Of a DNA stretch of 32,000 bases, positions 29,242 through 32,000 are shown piece after piece. The first letter of the stretch is position 1, and each line of letters starts with the position of its first letter. This DNA is from Vibrio vulnificus CMCP6. GTDB taxonomy: Bacteria; Pseudomonadota; Gammaproteobacteria; Enterobacterales; Vibrionaceae. Location: contig NC_004459.3 in assembly GCF_000039765.1 (NCBI RefSeq), positions 210,001 through 242,000 of the forward strand. The letters are read 5' to 3'. A program made the position numbers and the translations under genes. The notes under the pieces were generated by a model. It worked only from the letters and a program-made list of their open reading frames with translations. It had not been told where the DNA came from and did not search any database.

Positions 29242-30285
29242 ATGTCCCAAGATAACGCTAAACGCCTTAATAAATACATCAGTGAAACTGGTTTTTGCTC
29301 ACGCCGCGAAGCCGATAAACTTATCGAGCAAGGTCGCGTCACCATCAATGGCAAACAGCCAGAAATGGGCACCAAGGTCTTGCCTGGTGACGACGTTTGT
29401 GTCGATGGAAAGCCTGTCGCTGCAAAGGAAAAACCGGTCTACATCGCACTGAATAAACCCACTGGCATTACCTGCACTACTGAACGCGACATTCCGGGCA
29501 ATATCGTTGATTTTATTGGGCATAAGAAGCGCATTTTCCCAATTGGTCGATTGGACAAACCTTCAGACGGTCTGATTTTCCTAACCAATGATGGGGATAT
29601 TGTTAATAAGATTCTCCGTGCGGGTAACCACCACGAAAAAGAGTATGTGGTGCGAGTGGATAAACCCATTACGCCTGAATTTATTAAAGCAATGTCGAGC
29701 GGTGTGAATATTCTCGATACCGTAACCTTGCCGTGCAAAGTCACACAGGAAACCAAGTTCTCCTTCCGTATTGTTTTAACTCAAGGCTTGAACCGCCAGA
29801 TCCGCCGTATGTGTGAAGCACTCGGCTATGAAGTGTTTAAACTGCGTCGTGTGCGCATTATGAACATTTCACTCGATGGCATTCCGAACGGTAAGTGGCG
29901 TTATCTCACAGACGATGAGGTGACGGAAATCCTTGCGATGTGTGAAGGTTCTGTTGGCACCGAAGAAGCCTCTCGCGTTGACGCCAAAGGCCGCCGTATT
30001 CGCAAAGCCACCGACGCTAAGCTGTTTGACAGCCGCGAGGAAAATCAAACCTCTACTGCACGTCGCAACCAAAAACAGCGCACCTTCAAAGGCAACAATG
30101 CCGATGAGTTTCGCCATGCGCCAAATTCAAAAAAAGCGCAGCAAAGAAAGCAGCAGGATGGCGATAAACCGCGTTTTGAAAAACCAAAGCGCCAAGAGCA
30201 AGCTGGAAAAGCAAAACGCTATGACAATCCCAACGCAGCAAAACCCGTCAAACGCACGGGCGGCACTTTGACTCTTAAGAAATAA
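29242..30285 (+). CDS. rluF: 23S rRNA pseudouridine(2604) synthase RluF
   Basis: 347 aa, S4 domain [30 protein letters not shown]; [18 protein letters not shown] catalytic motif; [30 protein letters not shown]. Confidence 0.92.
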   Translation: MSQDNAKRLNKYISETGFCSRREADKLIEQGRVTINGKQPEMGTKVLPGDDVCVDGKPVAAKEKPVYIALNKPTGITCTTERDIPGNIVDFIGHKKRIFPIGRLDKPSDGLIFLTNDGDIVNKILRAGNHHEKEYVVRVDKPITPEFIKAMSSGVNILDTVTLPCKVTQETKFSFRIVLTQGLNRQIRRMCEALGYEVFKLRRVRIMNISLDGIPNGKWRYLTDDEVTEILAMCEGSVGTEEASRVDAKGRRIRKATDAKLFDSREENQTSTARRNQKQRTFKGNNADEFRHAPNSKKAQQRKQQDGDKPRFEKPKRQEQAGKAKRYDNPNAAKPVKRTGGTLTLKK

Positions 30286-30303
30286 TATTACTCGCAAGCT
30301 TTG

Positions 30304-30332
30304 AAAAGGACGCTCCTACGAGCGTCCTTTTT
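30304..30332 (+). terminator. Rho-independent terminator between rluF and ybaK (convergent)
   Basis: AAAGGACGCT-6nt-AGCGTCCTTT plus T-tract. Confidence 0.9.
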
Positions 30333-30369
30333 GTTGGTCAAACGTATTCTATTTTACCCCTCAGAGAAC

Positions 30370-30849
30370 TTAAGCCTCTAAACAGAGTTCAGCAAAATGC
30401 CCTCGAGTGAGCATCAGTAAATCTTTGGGTGCTAGCTCAATCTCTAAGCCACGCTTACCAGCACTGACACAAATGGTCTCTTGTTGCCCTGCACTCATAT
30501 GAAGAAAGGTGGGCAGAGCTTTCTTTTGCCCGAGCGGACTAATGCCGCCCACGACATAACCTGTGGTTTTTTGCGCGATTTCAGGATCGGCCATATCGGC
30601 TTTTTTGCCATTAGCGGCTTTCGCTGCCAATTTTAGATTGAGTTTTTGATCAACGGGGATGATCGCTACCGCCAAGTTTTTTGCTTCGCCATTTAAGCAA
30701 AACAGTAATGTTTTAAAGACTTTTTTTGGATCTTGCCCAAGCACTTCTGCCGCTTCCAAACCATAGCTTGTCGCTCGTGGATCGTGCTGATATTCGTGGA
30801 TGGTATGAGGAACTTTCTTTTTCTTGGCAAGATTGATAGCCGGAGTCAT
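30370..30849 (-). CDS. ybaK: Cys-tRNA(Pro) deacylase YbaK
   Basis: 159 aa, TPAINLAKKKKVPHTIHEYQHDP, GYVVGGISPLGQKKALPTF, SAGKRGLEIELAPKDL. Confidence 0.95.
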   Translation of the reverse strand: MTPAINLAKKKKVPHTIHEYQHDPRATSYGLEAAEVLGQDPKKVFKTLLFCLNGEAKNLAVAIIPVDQKLNLKLAAKAANGKKADMADPEIAQKTTGYVVGGISPLGQKKALPTFLHMSAGQQETICVSAGKRGLEIELAPKDLLMLTRGHFAELCLEA

Positions 30850-30870
30850 TGTCTTTCTCCTGTATAAACA

Positions 30871-30903
30871 AAAAGCGCTATCCCAGATCGGAATAGCGCT
30901 TTA
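30871..30903 (-). terminator. Rho-independent terminator after the 5'-nucleotidase gene
   Basis: AAAGCGCTAT ... ATAGCGCTTT perfect 10-bp stem with T-tract on the minus strand. Confidence 0.85.
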
Positions 30904-30948
30904 GTTAAAGATATCAGCGAGATTGAGTCAAACTCTTTCTCTTATCGA

Positions 30949-32000
30949 TTATTTGTAAACAATCTCACCATTTGGCGCGAACTTGTTCACATCGATTGGG
31001 CTGTTCTTCTCTAGGAACTCTTTCAGTACTTCAGCATCCACAAAACCAGTGTTCACGTAACCAGGGTGACCAGTCAGTTTAGGGTAACCATCACCACCCG
31101 CGGCGTTGTAGCTTGGTACGGTGAAGCGGTAAGTTTCATCTAGACGAAGCTGTTTGCCACCAATGAATACGTTCGATACTTTGCCGTTAGCCACTGTCAT
31201 TGAGATACCGGCGAATTGCGCGTAAGCACCTGAATCAACAGGTTTCGTTGCAACTACGTTTAGGTAGTCCAGCACTTCTTTACCCGTCATATCGGTGTAA
31301 GTCAGGATGTTTGCAAAAGGCTGAACGGTAAGGACGTCTTTGTAAGTCACTTCACCCGCTTCAATCGAGTCACGTACACCACCCGAGTTCATTACTGCGA
31401 AGTCTGCTTTTGCACGCTCCATGTGTGATACTGCGATCAAACGACCTAGGTTAGTTTGCTGGAAGCGAACCACGTTACGGTCACCTTCAAGCTTGCCGTT
31501 TGTGTCTGCAATCTTCACGTTAAGTTGCTCTTGACCTTTCTCTTGGTAAGGACGTAGGAACTCTAGCAATGCAGTATCTTCTTTAATTTCGCTTTCAATG
31601 AAGACGCGCTGGCTCTTACCATCGACTTCCACTTTCTTCTTCAGGTTAACCGGAATCAGATCGTAGCTCACCATACGTAGCTCACCATTGCGGAACTCGT
31701 AATCAGCACGGCCAACGTATTTACCCCACTCGTGCGCTTGCACGATGTAAGTACCGTTTTGTTGGTCTGGCTTACACTCGTCTGCTGGTTTGAAGTTTTT
31801 CTTCACCACATTTGGTGCTTCCATACAAACCGGCTCTTGCGAGTGACCACCGACGATCATGTCTAGGTCACCTTCGTTTAGGTAACGAGCCAGTGCCACA
31901 TCGCCAGGAGCGTTGATGCCACGCTTACCATCTTCGTAGTGACCCATGTGCGTCACGGCGAAGATCAAATCTGGTTTTTCTGTTTCTTTTAGCTCAGCAA
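30949..32000 (-). CDS. ushA: 5'-nucleotidase / UshA-family metallophosphoesterase (N-terminus truncated by window edge)
   Basis: The frame stays open past the track's TTG start at 31968 (upstream ...AELKETEKPD), so this is partial. Motifs THMGHYED, GGHSQ, HEWGKYVGR, MNSGGVRDSIEAGEVTY, AGGDGYPKL. Confidence 0.9.
   Translation of the reverse strand, partial: AELKETEKPDLIFAVTHMGHYEDGKRGINAPGDVALARYLNEGDLDMIVGGHSQEPVCMEAPNVVKKNFKPADECKPDQQNGTYIVQAHEWGKYVGRADYEFRNGELRMVSYDLIPVNLKKKVEVDGKSQRVFIESEIKEDTALLEFLRPYQEKGQEQLNVKIADTNGKLEGDRNVVRFQQTNLGRLIAVSHMERAKADFAVMNSGGVRDSIEAGEVTYKDVLTVQPFANILTYTDMTGKEVLDYLNVVATKPVDSGAYAQFAGISMTVANGKVSNVFIGGKQLRLDETYRFTVPSYNAAGGDGYPKLTGHPGYVNTGFVDAEVLKEFLEKNSPIDVNKFAPNGEIVYK

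Overview
This 32 kb window looks like Vibrio core chromosome. The organism is inferred from protein content and the FlgO/FlgP/FlgT set; no database search was possible. Left half: a polar-flagellar locus, with flgK (partial), flgJ, flgI, flgH, flgG, flgF, flgE, flgD, flgC, flgB, cheR and cheV on the minus strand, flgA, flgM and flgN on the plus strand, then flgP/flgO (-) divergent from flgT (+). Right half: tRNA-Arg(CCU), an uncharacterised basic 168-aa ORF, gltX, a DUF2057/UPF0319 protein, a porin, a copper module (copA plus a DUF411 protein behind a CueR/MerR-type promoter), a GH20 beta-N-acetylhexosaminidase lipoprotein, a TraB/GumN-like protein, tRNA-Pro(UGG) followed by 120-bp tandem repeats, a 46-aa DUF3149-like ORF, smrA, rluF, ybaK and a partial 5'-nucleotidase. 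No CRISPR array, prophage, IS element or recognisable defence cassette is visible. Most unusual signals: (1) a 120-bp tandem repeat array downstream of tRNA-Pro, in which each unit repeats the tRNA 3' end plus its terminator hairpin, similar in architecture to E. coli tyrT/rtT; (2) the 168-aa basic protein beside tRNA-Arg, with what looks like an internally duplicated AP2-like fold; (3) the flgE-flgF intergenic region, with a perfect 12-bp-stem hairpin, a 12-bp palindrome, direct repeats and its own sigma-54 promoter. Regulatory sites were found by eye and need experimental or profile-based confirmation.
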